Shown here one piece after another: positions 1 to 14,452 of a stretch of DNA of 64,000 nucleotides (the first letter of the stretch is position 1; the number at the start of each line of letters is the position of its first letter). The DNA lies in assembly GCA_965153355.1 (NCBI GenBank), contig OZ231126.1:49910001-49974000 (forward strand), read 5' to 3'. The notes under the pieces were generated by a model. That model worked only from the letters and a program-made list of their open reading frames with translations. It did no database searches and was not told the origin of the DNA. This stretch comes from Flaccisagitta enflata (Eukaryota). The position numbers were made by a program, and so were the translations under genes.

Positions 1-123
1 GCAGAATGTCGAGTAAGTCAAGTCTTTAAATGTACATAAGATCATTACCGTTCAACTTCGTTTCCTGTCTATGACTTCATCGATCATCATGGCCAGGTTA
101 CATATTTCTAGGTTATTGAGATA

Positions 124-273
124 AACAAGGCCGGATACACGGCTACTTGATCATTTGGGCAGGAGTAGTGAGGCCAAAGACCGCAAAAAGTAAAAAAAAA
201 AAAGTAAAGTGTGACGGACCGACGGACTAACCGACAAAGCGGGGTGTAGAGTCGCGTAGCACGCGACTAAAAA
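124..273 (-). mobile_element. HINE/DINE-like non-autonomous Helentron-associated element (family A)
   Basis: Reverse complement of the recurrent layout TTTTTAGTCGCG..CGCGACTCTA hairpin, (GTCC/GTCG)n tract, and GCCGTGTATCCGGCCTTGTT 3' end; many related copies in the window. Confidence 0.6.
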
Positions 274-435
274 CGATAAATGGAGAGGGGCAAGAGAATG
301 TCATCAAGTGGGTGTAAAGGTGAGTTGGACGTAAATTTACTGCCGCACTTCGGGACGCCTTCCGGTGTCCCCGTCATTGTCTCTCTCCGTGAAATATGAC
401 GATCGATAGAGTAGAGGGAAATGTGGAGGGTGAAA

Positions 436-767
436 GGGAGAAAGAGAAGAAAGAAAGAAGAGGGAGAAGAAGAAGGAAAAGAAAAAAAAGAAGGAGAAGA
501 GGAGGAAAAAGAAGAAGAAGAAGAAGAAGAAAAAGAAAAAGAAAGAAAAAGGAGATGAAAAGAAGAAGAAGAAGAAGAAGAAGAAGAAGAAGAAGAAGAA
601 AGAGAAAAAGAAAAAGAAAAGAAAAAGAAAAAGAAAAAGAAAAAGAAAAAGAAAAAGAAAAAGAAGAAGAAGAAGAAGAAGAAGAAGAAGAGAAGAAGAA
701 GAAGAAGAAGAAGAAGAAGAAGAAGAAGAAGAAGAAGAAGAAGAAGAAGAAGAAGAAGAAGAAGAAG

Positions 768-799
<32 letters not shown>

Positions 800-905
800 G
801 AAGAAGAAGTCGAAGAAGACGAAGAAGACGAAGAAGAAAGAAGAAGAAAGAAGAAGAGAAGAAAAAAAAAAGAAAAAAAGAAGAAAGAAAGAAAAAGAAA
901 AAAAG
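436..905. repeat. (GAA)n/(GAAAAA)n purine microsatellite tract
   Basis: Directly visible; explains the spurious poly-K/R/F ORFs. Confidence 0.95.
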
Positions 906-1046
906 ATGCGAAATCTACGAAATCGCATCACCTACCTTCGCCCTCCTTCATATTTACCTACGGACTGACCTAAACAGGGAAAATGATATGAAAGGAATGT
1001 ACGTTGAAAAGGCCACACACGCACAAAATCGACCCTTCTTGTAAAA

Positions 1047-1144
<98 letters not shown>

Positions 1145-1384
1145 TCGTCTTCCTCACCCATTTTCAGTCCAGTAACCGAGGTTGATTACCTCACTTTCGC
1201 CGAGCGATTGGAGAATGTGGGTTAACCTACCGACCGACGGATCCGGACTACATAAACGAACCGACAGACCGACCGACCGAAAGACCGACGCATCAACTTC
1301 CCCAGTTCTCATCCTTTAAATGGCTCGGAACTTCACACAATCACACACCTCATCGAACAACACACGTGCATTAAACCTACGTTC

Positions 1385-1501
1385 ATTCTTCTTTTACTCT
1401 TTCTTTCTTTTTTGTTCATTTTCTTTTTTTCTTTCTTACTTATTTTCTGTCTTCCTTGCTTTCTTTTTTTCATTGTTAGTTTCTTTCTTACTCTGTTTCT
1501 C

Positions 1502-1558
<57 letters not shown>

Positions 1559-1696
1559 TTTCTTTCTTTCTCTCTCTTTCTTCTTCCTTTTTTCTTTCTT
1601 TCTTCTTTCTTCCTTTCTTTCTTTCTTTTTTCTTTATTTCTTTTTTCTTTCTCACTTCCTCTCTTTCTTTCTTACTTCCTCTCTCTTTCCCTACTG

Positions 1697-1736
<40 letters not shown>

Positions 1737-1842
1737 TTTACTTCTTCTTTTTGTTCTCTCTCTCCTAACACACTCAACCCGTTAAACATCATTTTTTCTT
1801 ACTTTCTTACTATCTCTTTCTTTCTTTTTTTTTTCCTTTCCT

Positions 1843-1910
<68 letters not shown>

Positions 1911-1951
1911 TCCTCCTTCTCTCTTTCCTTTCTTTCTTTCCTCTTTCTTCT

Positions 1952-2007
<56 letters not shown>

Positions 2008-2050
2008 TTCTCTCTTGTCTTCTATCTTTCTTCTTTTTACTTTCTTTCCT
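1385..2050. repeat. degenerate (CTTT)n microsatellite
   Basis: Directly visible. Confidence 0.95.
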
Positions 2051-2236
2051 TATACACTCAACCCGGTAAACACAGGTTTAATCAAGATGTAAATTGAGCA
2101 AAGGCCTAACTAAACGCAAGAAGGAGGAGGAGAAGTAGAAGAGGAGGAAACAGCCGCTAGCCATCGCTGGACTCTCTTAATCTCCGTTAAGTCCTCTTGG
2201 ACGCGTAACTGACCCTTCTCTTGACACGGTGGATAT

Positions 2237-2371
<135 letters not shown>

Positions 2372-2541
2372 AGAGAGAGAGAGAGAGAGAAAGAGAGCCT
2401 TCTTTCCAGGCTAAATATTGACTCTATCAAAATGCCCACTTTTCATTCTGTGGTCTTCACATTTCTTTATCTTGGGCAACCCTTATTCCCACTCACTCAG
2501 TCACGGGTCCACCTTTTTTTTTTCTTTTTGTCTTTTTTTCC

Positions 2542-2829
2542 TTTTTGGGCAGCGGCCCCGAAGGGGCCGATGACCTATGCTTTTGCCATAGGGGAAATTT
2601 CTCCTTCTTCTGAGGTTCAAATTCTAGTCCTCGAGGCTCAAATCCCAGCCTCGAGGCCCAAATTCTGGTCTCGAGGCTCAAATCCCAGCCTCCAGGCCCT
2701 AATTCCAGCCTTGAAGCTCAAATAAAAATAGCATAGGTCATTGGCCGCTGCCCCCTCTACCACCACACACCCATACACTACATAGGGGCAACGGGTACCG
2801 CTGACCATCTGACGCTTTTGCGACTATTC
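2542..2829 (+). mobile_element. HINE-like element family B with 20-bp minisatellite
   Basis: TTTTTGGGCAGCGGCCCCGAAGGGGCCG start, CCTCGAGGCCCAAATCCCAG-type repeats, end CTTTTGCGACTATT; a reverse-complement relative lies at 19522-20109. Confidence 0.55.
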
Positions 2830-2840
2830 TTTTCTTTCTT

Positions 2841-3032
2841 TATAGTTGCGACACGCAACTATAAGAGGCTTTGTCCGTCCGTCCGTCCTTCCGTCCTTCA
2901 TTCCGTCCATCCATCCTTCTGTCCTTCATTCCGTCCGTCCGTCCGTAATGATTGAGTTGAAAAGTGTGAAAACGCGCATTTCCGCCCCTGCCCACTCGTC
3001 CGCATCTGGTGGCCGTGTATCCGGCCTTGTTT
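2841..3032 (+). mobile_element. HINE/DINE-like element family A
   Basis: TAGTTGCGACACGCAACTA hairpin, (GTCC)n tract, 3' hairpin GGCCGTGTATCCGGCC followed by TTGTT. Confidence 0.6.
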
Positions 3033-3627
3033 TACAGTAATTTTCTTTTCCGCCCGTACCTTCCCTCGTCCGTGACGATCTTGTAACCCTGCATTACTTA
3101 TTCTGTTTTTCTTTTCCTAAATATATCTCACATATAATGTTTTGCTCACTTAACTTGCTCTCACTTTTTTCTCACGTCTTATCATGTGACATGACCCATG
3201 TTTCGTTTGTTTTTTTCTTCTTTATTTTCTTCTTCTTTATTTTTTTCTGCGTCTGTTGCCCATTTGTTCCTCTCATTCTCTTCCTTTACCTACTCTTATA
3301 CTTTTTCTTCCATTCCTTTATTTGTCAGTAATTTTTTCTTGATTTTGTTCCTTTCTTTTTCTCTTTCATCGTCTCACTTCTATAATTCTATTTTTCTTCT
3401 CTTTCTTTTCTTTTCTTTTTTCTTTTTTCTCGTCTGTCTTTCATTCTTTAATTCCCCCTTCCTTTTCCTTCTTTTCTCTCATTCCCTTTTTCTTTTCCAT
3501 TTTTTCCAGGATGCCACTTGCAAAAACACCAAAATGAGATTAGCATTTGATATGGCGAAGGAGAGAGAAGAAGAAAAGTAAACGTGGCTCTGGTGACGGA
3601 TCCTGTAGAACGTGCCACGGGGATGAA

Positions 3628-3710
<83 letters not shown>

Positions 3711-3758
3711 GAGAGAGAGAGAGACCTTCAACGATGATTTTGTGTTCTATTGACAGAA

Positions 3759-3942
<184 letters not shown>

Positions 3943-4955
3943 GGAGAACAGATGAACAGAGTCAGACAGACTGACACAAAATCAAACACGCAAACAAAAA
4001 AGAAAGAGGTTTTTTGATAAGTTTCCTTTCTCAAAAAAAAAAAAAAACAGTTAAAACTAAAAGGCCTTTGAGGGCTCTTGAATTTCAAATCCTCATTACT
4101 GTCTCGTTTAGCCTAATTTGAATATTAAAATAAGGGGGGAAAAGACCTGGAAGACGGAAGAAAGATTTTCTCCGTCAACTTGTTAGAACATAAACGTGTC
4201 CCCTGATAATCGGCCATCTTTATGCAAAAGTAAAGATAACGTTTTTAAGCCTTTAGAGAGGTGGCATAAGAGTGCTAGAAGGATGATAGGGGGCTGCAAA
4301 GGGGTGCTCGGGAGTTATGGGGGATGGTACATGGGGGGGAGGCTGATATTGGGGGAAGGAAGATGAGGGGGGAGTTTAAGAATGGAATATTGAATAGAAC
4401 ATTGTAGAATGCGACTGAAGTCTGAATTGTCATCGAGGCGCTGTTCTGAGGAAGGAAATCGTGGAAGAAAAAAAGATAATGAAAAAAATACAGGGTGTTT
4501 CATCAAATGATATATAAGAAAACGATATCATTCTACTTCTGAAAATGAGTAAACAATTCTGTAAAAAGATTCATAAAGCTCTTAAACTCTGATTTTTCAT
4601 GTGAAAATTGCATTGGTCTAAGTTCAGTAGTTTAGCCACAATATAGATTTGAAGTAAAATGAATATTTTCAGTCAATGTTTTTTTCATCCTGGAAGTTTT
4701 TCTTCAAATCATTCTCAGTTTGAGCTACAGATGCCAGATTGGTCTCAAATTAAAAATATTTTAATTTTCTTTCATTTGAATCCAATCTGGCATCTGTAGC
4801 TCAAACCGTGAATGAATGAATGAATGAATGAATTTATTTACGAAAAGGCACAAAAATTACAATAAGGTCGAGGTATTGTAAGTAAGCCCAATTCGAAGGA
4901 TAGCCCATGAAAGTCGATTAAAATGACTTTTTTCCAACAGGGTCCTTTAAAAGTA

Positions 4956-5095
4956 AACAAGGCCGGATACACGGCAATCCAGTCGCGGACGGTTGGGCAG
5001 GAGACAGTAATACGCAAAACCGCCAGTGAATTCAGAAATATTTCTGACGGACCGACCGACACGGGAAGGTGTAGAGTCTCGTGTTCGCGACTTTA
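4956..5095 (-). mobile_element. HINE-like family A copy inserted in the LINE 3' UTR
   Basis: AACAAGGCCGGATACACGGC...GACGGACCGACC...AGAGTCTCGTGTTCGCGACT. Confidence 0.6.
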
Positions 5096-5184
5096 AAAAT
5101 TCATAAAATCGTTAAAAGTAGAAATCGTAAAAGAGTAAATCCATAACATTGTCAAGAAGATCCGTCGATAAAAACCCGTGTAAA

Positions 5185-6470
5185 TCATTCATATTGAGTG
5201 ATTAAATACTCCTTCATTTTACGTTTAAAAACTTTAAACTCGGAAATAGACTTGATAGAGTCTGGAAGCTCATTCCAATGCTTGATTGCCGTGTACGCAA
5301 AACCGTTAGGGAAAAGAGAAAGTTCCTTAGACAAATGAAAGTTATGACTACTTCCGCGAGTATTGTATGAGTGAGCAGCAGAAATCAATTTAAAATTCGG
5401 CAGTAGATAAGTGGGAGCCAACTTGTGACGAATACGAAAAAGGTGATTCAATTTGAAAAATTTGACTCGGTCCGGAACAGTAAGCCATGCCAACTCTCTT
5501 AAGTGGTTGACACCTACATGAGCACGATTTTCCAAACTAAAAACAAATCGCACCATTTTGCGTTGAATAACGTTTAACCTTTCCTTCAATGCTACAGACA
5601 TTCCACTGTACCACGAGCTGCAGCAATAATCCATATATGGTTGAACAAGAGCAGAGCATAGTGTCTGTCGGCACTTTTTATCTAAAAGAGAGGACTGACG
5701 GTACAGAAAAGCCAATCTACCCGCACAAACTTTCATTAAATTTCCAGCGTGTACGGAACCATTCAGATTTTCATCTAATAGAACACCAAGATACTTTACG
5801 CTTGACTTGCGTTCAACAGGCGTCCCGTCACAATGAACCCGGAAATCATCAACCCCTTTCAATTTTCTCTTTGAGCCGAAAAGCAATGCTTCTGTTTTCC
5901 CCACGTGAAGGGACAGCCTGTTGTCCACCAGCCAACCCTTACAAGTTGATAATTCAGTACTCAGACGATCTGAAATAACCTTTGAATCACGATGAGAATA
6001 AATGAGCGCGGAATCATCGGCGTATAGAGACAATCTACAAGTCAAACTAACATTCATGTCATTGATATAAATCAAGAACAATAGAGGGCCCAAAATGCTA
6101 CCCTGGGGAACTCCGCAAGTTACGGGTAAAAATTCCGACCTGGTACCACCAATATCAACACATTGACTACGATCGGCTAGATACGATTCAAACCAACCCG
6201 TTGAAGACATACCAATGGATTTTAACTTTTCACAGAGAATAGAGTGATCCACAGTGTCAAAGGCTTTCTGTAGATCAATCAAAACCATGCCAATCAAATT
6301 TCCTTTACCAATTTCGCTTCTAATAAAATCGGTCAGACCAATTAAACATGAATCCGTGGAATATCCACCTCTAAACCCAGATTGATTTTCAAAGAGCAAA
6401 TCACGCTTCTCTAAATATTCACTTAATTGGGAGTGAGCAGCACGTTCTAAAATCTTGGAAAGAACACCGT
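5185..6470 (-). CDS. LINE ORF2 reverse transcriptase, C-terminal part
   Basis: Motifs LSKILER, QSGFR, DLQKAFDTVDH, GVPQGSILGPLLF, YADD, KYLGV; uninterrupted to the stop codon; the ORF-track N-terminus (MKFFFK) comes from the flanking MITE. Confidence 0.92.
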
Positions 6471-7208
6471 TTAGACGTGAAAATGATTTAAAGAAAAACT
6501 TCAAAGATGAAAAACATGTTGACTGTAAATATTCATTTTACTTCAAATCTATATTGTGACCAAACTACTCAACTTAAACCAATGAAATTTTTGCATGAAA
6601 AATTGGGGCTTAAGAGCTCAATGAATCTATTTTCAAAATTGTTGTCTTATCTTTAGAAACAGAACAACATTGTTTTCTTATATATCATTTGATGTGAAAC
6701 ACCTTGTATATGGAAAAGAAGAGGAGGGAAAAAAAAGAAAAAAAGATAAAGACAAAAAAAAGAGAGATACTAAAGATAGAAAAAGGAAAAATGATTACAT
6801 TATCAAAAGATGCACATGGTTGGCCTTTTATGGAAAGTTGTCAGATATTCTGACAAAACTATTGAAGTTGGCAACACGTGAAAAAAAGAGGATGAGAAAA
6901 AAGGCAACGTGAGCTGTAACATAAAGTGCCAAGAACGAAAAAAACGTGATATGATAACGTTGTGAATTTGTAAAGAAGGAAAGTTGTTTTTTTTATCAAA
7001 TTTTTCTGATACTCAGCTTTTTAATACAAGTATGGCATGAAACATGTAAGTAAGAAAATTTATGCCGACGAACTACTAAACTTCATCGCTACAGAAGGTC
7101 ATGGCCGTCAGTTGGTCTGTTGGTCATGCAAATGGTTTTTTTTTTTCGAAAAATCTTAGGCTCTTCCATTGAAAAATCTTAGGCTCTTCCATTGGAGAAC
7201 AGTACCTA

Positions 7209-7799
7209 CAGTGCGATGGTAGCAATGACGACCTAGACTGGAGGATAGATTTAAAGTACTATAATTTTGTTTGTATCATAAAATATTTGAGATCTAGGGT
7301 AATCAAAGGTTGCGTTATTGAGTGAAAATGTTTGCATCTCTTAAACTTCAACTTGCGACTCGACCTCATTAAGACTTCATTTTTCAAAGTTCTATCCTAT
7401 CTTAATAGATCGGGTGGAAAATTTTATATGGTGTTAAAAAAAATCAGCTCAATCGGTCTATTTTTACAGGTTTTATGGTCATTTTAAGTTTTGCCCAAGT
7501 ATTAATTTGCATAACTTTCGTTTATTAAACATAGCTGTAAAACCTATAAAAATAGTCAATATACTGATTTTTTTCAAAAATTATATAAAAATTTTCGCCT
7601 GATCTAATAAAATAGATAGAACTCGAAAATGAAGTCTTGATGAGGTCAAGCCACAAGCTGAGTTTGGTGAGATGCAACGCATTCACTCAATAGAGCAACC
7701 TTTAATTAGCCTAGATCTCAAATATTTCATGATACAAATGAAATTAAGACACCAAAAATCTATCCTCCAGTCTAGGTCGTCATTGCTCCTATCGTACTG
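7209..7799. mobile_element. mariner-type fold-back MITE
   Basis: TA-CAGTGCGATGGTAGCAATGACGACCTAGACTGGAGG ... CCTCCAGTCTAGGTCGTCATTGCTCCTATCGTACTG-TA; nearly the whole element is an inverted repeat. Confidence 0.8.
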
Positions 7800-10700
7800 T
7801 ACCTCATTATCATTTTGTTCATTAAATTATTCATTTATTCATCTATTCATTCACAAGAGACGTTCAGTCATACAGGACGCATCTTTGGCCTTCATGGTAG
7901 AATTCCTTTTCACGAACACGTAACTCTAATAGTTGTTGCTCACACGCATATGTCAGTTGGTCTGTCCTTCCACCCGTGCATTACTCCTATGACCAAATGT
8001 TCGCGCGACGACAATGACTGTCCAAGTGAAGGAAAGGGAAAGTTAGCAATCAAAGAGGAATAAGGTTTCGGCCTTAGTAAATGCGAGACCATAAACTGAT
8101 ACGACTGCTCATAGACGTGCTTCGAGGCACGTAACAAAATGAATGTTGATACAAATGAAGCGTTTTAAAATGTCGACTTCTTCCACATTTCTGTCAGCTT
8201 TGCTAAACGACTCTAGCTCTGGTTCATAGACTCGTTTCCTCACTTAATCGCGTTTTGACTTAGTTTGTATTCCATTTACAACCTTCATGAGATCATGATG
8301 GATGAAATCCATTCAACTCATGTGTGAAAACCTGATGATGAATGGTTAAACTTTTTTTCTTTGTTCGACATTAGTCAAATCATCAACGGGTTTTGCCTAT
8401 GAAAACCCAGTTAAAGATTCATGTGATTATGAACTAACAAGGCCTGCTGCAAAAGTTTCTTTGGTCCCGAGCGAGTGGGAAGGGTCAATGATGGTGGCGG
8501 AGGAGGCGGAGTCAGTGACTCGAACAGCACTTGTGAGCATCAAAAAAAATATACTAACCATCGACCGATCAACCGACAGAAAGACCGACGTACAGACAGA
8601 GCGGATTTCATAGTTGCGTGAACGCGATTAAAAAGTGATCCACGCCAGTGAGACATCACGTCGGTTGTAGAAGTATCACACTTACATGAGTGCGGATTAT
8701 GGATGGGATGACAGACGGATGCGGTGTGTGTGTGGGCTGGTGTCACCTTAAGGGGAGCGCAGACAGAGTGAAATTTGTCAATTTTAAATGTTTTAAAATT
8801 GAACAAAACACTGTACATCACCATAGCTTACCTATTATTGAAAATGAATCCATACTTGGATTTTCTTATTCAAGCTCATTTTGTATACAAATTAGGCCTA
8901 AAAGACATTAATTATCAATTTTTTACTAACATATTTAGCTAATTACAGTAAGGCAATGGGTATGAGAGTCAAAATTTTTGATGATAACGTTCAAGCAATC
9001 ATGTGTGATCATGTTTTTGAGATTTTTTCCACGAAATTTGAGTTTTTTAAAAAAATCTCTATAAGCACCATTTTTGGCTGGGCGGGCTGTTGGAGGAGAA
9101 TTTTTCCCACCAAGCTCGTTTTGATGCCAGTGACAAGGAACCTTTAAAGGAAGCTTCATGCAAAATTTCAACCAGATCGGACAATTATTTTGGAAGTTAT
9201 GCCATTTTTACATTTTTTTATCTGGTAGGCTGGTTGGTCTGGTTGGACTGCTTGACATTTCTTGAGTCACATCAGAAATAAGATGAAGGACCTTCTTGAT
9301 CTGGGTATCAACCATGCAAAATTTCATTGGGCTAGCTCTGATTAGTTGGTGAGATATGTCAATTCTGAATTTTACGTAATTTACTAAATCAAGGCACCAG
9401 AACATGCGCGCATTTCTGTGCAAAGTGCTGTGGCAAACAAAGAATTAACTATGAGACTTGGTTGGCGAGCGTTACAATTCATTCCTTATTTTGGTAGTGA
9501 TCAACTTTGAAATTTCACTGTGACCAAACAAATTTGAGTTAAGACTTGAAATTTTAGAGGCATGTACAGAATTTCAACCTCTTTCACATCATATAGATAA
9601 ATTTAGCGTTAAGTATATTACTATGCTGTGACAAAGTAAGAATCATAGTGTGACATAAGTGTGACAGCTACAACATGGAGCACCTCTGAATTGTAATGCT
9701 TCAAGGAAATGTTGATTTCTAACCAATGGAATGGAAAAAATCTTTGAAAATTGGAGGGAATGTCCTTCAACTAGTTGTCATTGCAATGGAAAAAGAAAAA
9801 TTGCTTAATGTTTGAGTAGTGATAGGCTAACAAAACAAATTGTCAACTTACCTCATTTTTAGCAAAAAATGACTGAAAAATGAAGGGGGGAAGTACTATG
9901 TTTCAAAGCTATTTTTTGTCATCTTACAGTTGAAATGTTGAGTTCAAACTTTCCACACATATCGAATTTGTAATGTGCGGGCTACGTTGAGTCATTTACA
10001 CTCACAGTGCTTATCATGCCTCAGATACATGAAAAAACTGTGACACATTACAAAAAAAAACGCACATAAATTGACTGGGGATAGAGAATGAGCTGCAACC
10101 ATCGCTTACACCCACTTTTGAATAGCCAAAAAACATATTGAAAAAAATATTATGAATCAGTGATAAACTAGTGGCTAATATAAATACTGGTTAGTATGTG
10201 GGTCCTAGAAGTCAGGACGCAGGCCTTGGCTGTTTGGAAGTGAGTCCCGGAGGTCAGGATGTGGGTCCTGGAGGCTTAGATCTGGGTCTCATGAGGCTAG
10301 GGTGTGGGCCTTTAAGGCCAGAATCTGGGACTCCAGGGCCGTAATCTCAGTGCCAAAAACAAGGTTCTGGGTCTCAGAGACCAAGATCTGGGTCTCAGAG
10401 TTCAGGATCTGAGTCTCTAAGGATCTGGGTCTGAAGAGGCCAGAATCTAGGTAATAACAGGTCACCAAACGGCGATACACCGTCTTTGGATCGGACTGTG
10501 GATCCGACTGAGGATTGGTCTTTGGATCAGACTCCTAAACCACCAGGAAAAAAGTCATGAAGTTTTCAGTGAATATTGTAACATGTGACAGTTTTGCATG
10601 TAAAAGCTCAGCTCATAATATACAAAAGGTGAGGGGAAAACAAAATATTAAAAGAAGGTTCTTTTACTTTTTTTTTTGCTGTTTTTTTTCTCAGATTAAG

Positions 10701-10809
10701 TAGCAAATAGATATAACATAAGTTAACATCTGTCATTGAAAATAAATCCTAGAGTTTTTGTTGAAATGCAAAGAAATTTCAAGCAAATAAAAATAACTCT
10801 TTTCTAAGG

Positions 10810-11650
10810 AGGGCAGATTTAAGGCCTGAGAGGACAGGTTTTTAAGGCATGAGAACCAGATTTCAGGCCTGAGAGGGCAGATTTCAGGCCTGAGAGGGCA
10901 GATTTCAGGCTTAAGAAGGCCTTGGGGGACTAACAAACGGACAAACCAATGGACGGACAAACAAAAGTCCCCCTGTGTTCTACAGGAATTCGTCCCCTTC
11001 GGAGCCGCTGCCCAAAAGCCAGAATCCAAGGAGCCAAAATGATGGACTTCAGACCAGTATTAAGGTACTCTGGCCAGATTTGAGCCATTTTGCTTGGGTT
11101 TGGGTAATTTTGCTTGGATTTGGGCAATTAGGCAAAATTTGTGTCAGAATGGGCCCCAAAAAAGACCATTTGAATGTGGTGGGGGAGATGGACATTCATA
11201 CAGACGGACAGATGGATATACAGACAGATCCCTATTTTGCTCTAAAATTAGGTGGATTTGCTGTAAAAAATTTCATTTAATTTCGAAGCTTGTGTAAAGT
11301 CATTTTTAGGCAGCAGCCCCAAACAGGACAAAGTCCTGTAAAACACAGGGGGACTTTCTTTTATAAGGCTGTCATTCCGCCTGTTCATCCCCTATTAAGC
11401 CTCTGAGACCAGAAACATATTATTTCCGGCCAGAAATCTGCCCTCTCAAGCCTGAAATCTGCCCTCTATGACCTGAAATCTGCCTTCTCAAGCCTAAAAT
11501 TTGCCCTCTCAAGCCTCAAATCTGCCCTCTCAGGTCTCAACTCTGGCTTCTCAGGCATCAGTTCAGTCCTCAGGATTCAAATCTGCTGTCTTAGATATCA
11601 AATCTGCCCTTTCAGTCCTCACATCAGCTATTCTAGGCCACTTATCTACC
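10810..11650. repeat. two oppositely oriented family-B-like elements with 21-bp minisatellite (GCCTGAGAGGGCAGATTTCAG)
   Basis: Repeats at 10810-10910 (+) and 11430-11620 (reverse complement), each next to a GGGCAGCGGC-type terminus. Confidence 0.55.
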
Positions 11651-12001
11651 CTAACAGATTTAGAAGCATTTTTGTCATTTTTGGTTATTCTTGGTCTTTA
11701 TTCCGATTTTTACAAAGCCTGTTTTGTAAACCAGAGTCAAATTTTGTGCAGTTATCAGTCTCTTGCACTCCACTGAGCCTATATGTTTAGAGAAATTGAC
11801 ATTAAGAGGAAAAGAGTTTATCATTTTTCTTTAATTTTGAAGTATGTCTGGAATGGTTCATTTTTAGGTTTTTTTTTTGTCAGTTTTTGGTTCTAAACAG
11901 CCCCCTATTGCATGCGCTTGCCATTTTTTGGCCTATATCACATCCATGACTCATAACTGAATGAACCTGTAGAAAAAAATTGAGTTGATTTGCCAAAATA
12001 A

Positions 12002-12205
12002 TTTTTAGTCGCGCGCACGCGACTCTATAACCCGCTTTGTCCGTCGGTTGGTCGGTCGGTTGGTCGGTTGATCCGTCACACTTTACTTTTTTTTATGATT
12101 TTATTTTTTTGACCTCACTGCTCCTGCCCAAATGGTCTGGTGACCTCAAATATGGCCCCTGCCCACCCGCACGCAACTTCTGTAGCCGTGTATCCGGCCT
12201 TGTTT
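12002..12205 (+). mobile_element. HINE/DINE-like element family A
   Basis: TTTTTAGTCGCGCGCACGCGACTCTA ... (GGTC)n ... GCCGTGTATCCGGCCTTGTT. Confidence 0.65.
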
Positions 12206-12961
12206 TTTAAAATTTTGAGGCATTCTTATTATTTCTAGTCATTTTTTTTAACTTTGCAAAGGCGGAGTTACTCGTAGAGGCTTGTGGATGGCCAACTATA
12301 GTGCATGGGGCCTTTATTTAACTTAACCACAATTCTAAATTTAGAGCTTGCCCACTCGGACACCATGACCTTGATTTAAAACACAGATGCATAACATTTT
12401 TTTCAATGTCTTTTCTGGCAAGTTAGAAATTAGTGTTAGCGATGGTTGCAGCTCATTCCCTATCCCCAGCCAATTTGTGTGCATATTTTTTATAATGTGT
12501 TACAGTTTTTTCATGTATCTGAGGCATGATAAGCACTTTGAGTGTGGTTGACTCAGCGTAGTGCGGGCAAAACATACTTTTTTTGGCAACAAGATACAAT
12601 TTGCAATGTCAAGCGTAAAAGTTAGAATGAATGTCAAACTTTGAACAAAGACATAAATGTTTCCACTTTTTCATATCATAAAAGACGGATAAACTGATGG
12701 GTGGACCGACGGACGTACCAACTTAAATCTAGAAAGGTTTTCCTTAGGACTACTTATAGATTTTCTAATTTACGTAGATTAAAAAAAAGAGACTTGTGAA
12801 GGCGCCAACGATTTGATTGCAATAAATCAAAACAAGAGAACAAAGAGAAATCGCCGGCTCAACTGCAAAGGACAACATTTGTTCTCTCATTTTATTGGTA
12901 CATCTCTTTTTTTCCTCTCTCTCGCTCTTAATCTCATTGTCTCTTAATCTCTCTCTGTCTG

Positions 12962-13213
<252 letters not shown>

Positions 13214-13468
13214 TCTCTCTTTCTCTCTCTCTCTCACCCATATTTAATCAGGTTTCTGTTGTGCGGTAATTCCATTCTCATCTTTTTTTCGTTTCATTCT
13301 CATTTCTCATCAATTTCTCATTCAGATTTCAGTGCAGTCGTTCTCATCCGTTATGAACTAATTGTTGCATGTATAATTGTACAATGCTTAATGTCGATCA
13401 CGTATTAAATGGATATTGGTGGTTTTCCAGGTTAAATGATGTCTGTTGGCCTACCTGTCTCTTGGACT

Positions 13469-13540
<72 letters not shown>

Positions 13541-14333
13541 ATGACACCTTTTTTTTTCTTCAACCCGCAGTCTATTTCTTCTCTCAAAATCAAACTCTCA
13601 ATCTCAATATCGTTTCTAGGCACTTTCTTTTTTTGCGCTTAACATTCTATTATAACTCAATTTCGAAATTCTATTCTCGATTTCTCTCAAAGAATTAAAA
13701 TAAAAGTGTAAAAAACGACTTCAACAACATAAGAAAAATGCTGGAAATAATGGAAACAAATTAGATTTTGTTCGCAGTATGAACCATTTTCAATCTAATA
13801 CAGAAAACCAAAACGAGCACAGATTATAGAATAGACTGCCCAGGGGCCGAAGATGAGCAACAGTACCCATACTCTTCTTGTTTGTGAGGCTGGTTAATAC
13901 AGATGATATTATGGCAGTAGGCTTAGCTTAAAAAAAAAGTCTTATAGGGCTTATTTGATTTTGGGAGGGATGATTTTAGGCCTGAATTTTGAGTCACAAG
14001 AGCTACAAAAGAGATAACTGTAGTGGGGGGGGGGGCGAGTCAGAAAGTTAGGCAACAAACAAGATATTCACTAAATTGGAGCCGCTGCCCAAAAATAGTG
14101 CCTACTCCAGATCTTTCTTTTCTCTATATATTCTTTAGCTGTATATTGCTATATCTTATGGGTTTCCCTGTCTGTTTACAATTTTGTTCTATCTCTTGTT
14201 AAAACTGTGCCATTGTGGACGCACAAATTCAGCTTCAATGCCCTTTCCGGAGATGAGGCAGTAATTTTGCTTTTCCGATGCCGAAGACAAAGGATAAGTT
14301 TCGTATTTCATTTCGCCGCTGAAATTGCTGTGG

Positions 14334-14452
<119 letters not shown>

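Larger units (their letters stand above)
4810..6475 (-). mobile_element. 5'-truncated non-LTR retrotransposon (L2/Crack/Daphne, CR1 group)
   Basis: RT ORF; 3' tail AATAAA(TTCA)n on the minus strand at 4810-4838; CGTGAA at both junctions (4807-4812, 6476-6481). Confidence 0.9.
4491..6706. mobile_element. Tc1/mariner-type palindromic MITE interrupted by a LINE
   Basis: Termini CAGGGTGTTTCA..TGAAACACCTTG flanked by TA; 4491-4715 is the diverged inverted complement of ~6480-6706. Confidence 0.75.
9982..12561. mobile_element. non-autonomous TIR DNA element (~125-bp TIRs) containing nested HINE-like repeats
   Basis: 9982-10106 is the inverted complement of 12438-12561; TGCGGG flanks both sides (9976-9981, 12562-12567). 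Confidence 0.65.

Noticed and set aside
7149-7194. 23-bp direct duplication GAAAAATCTTAGGCTCTTCCATT
   Set aside because: Ordinary local slippage duplication
8331-8350. CTGATGA possible hammerhead core
   Set aside because: No stem II or GAAA downstream
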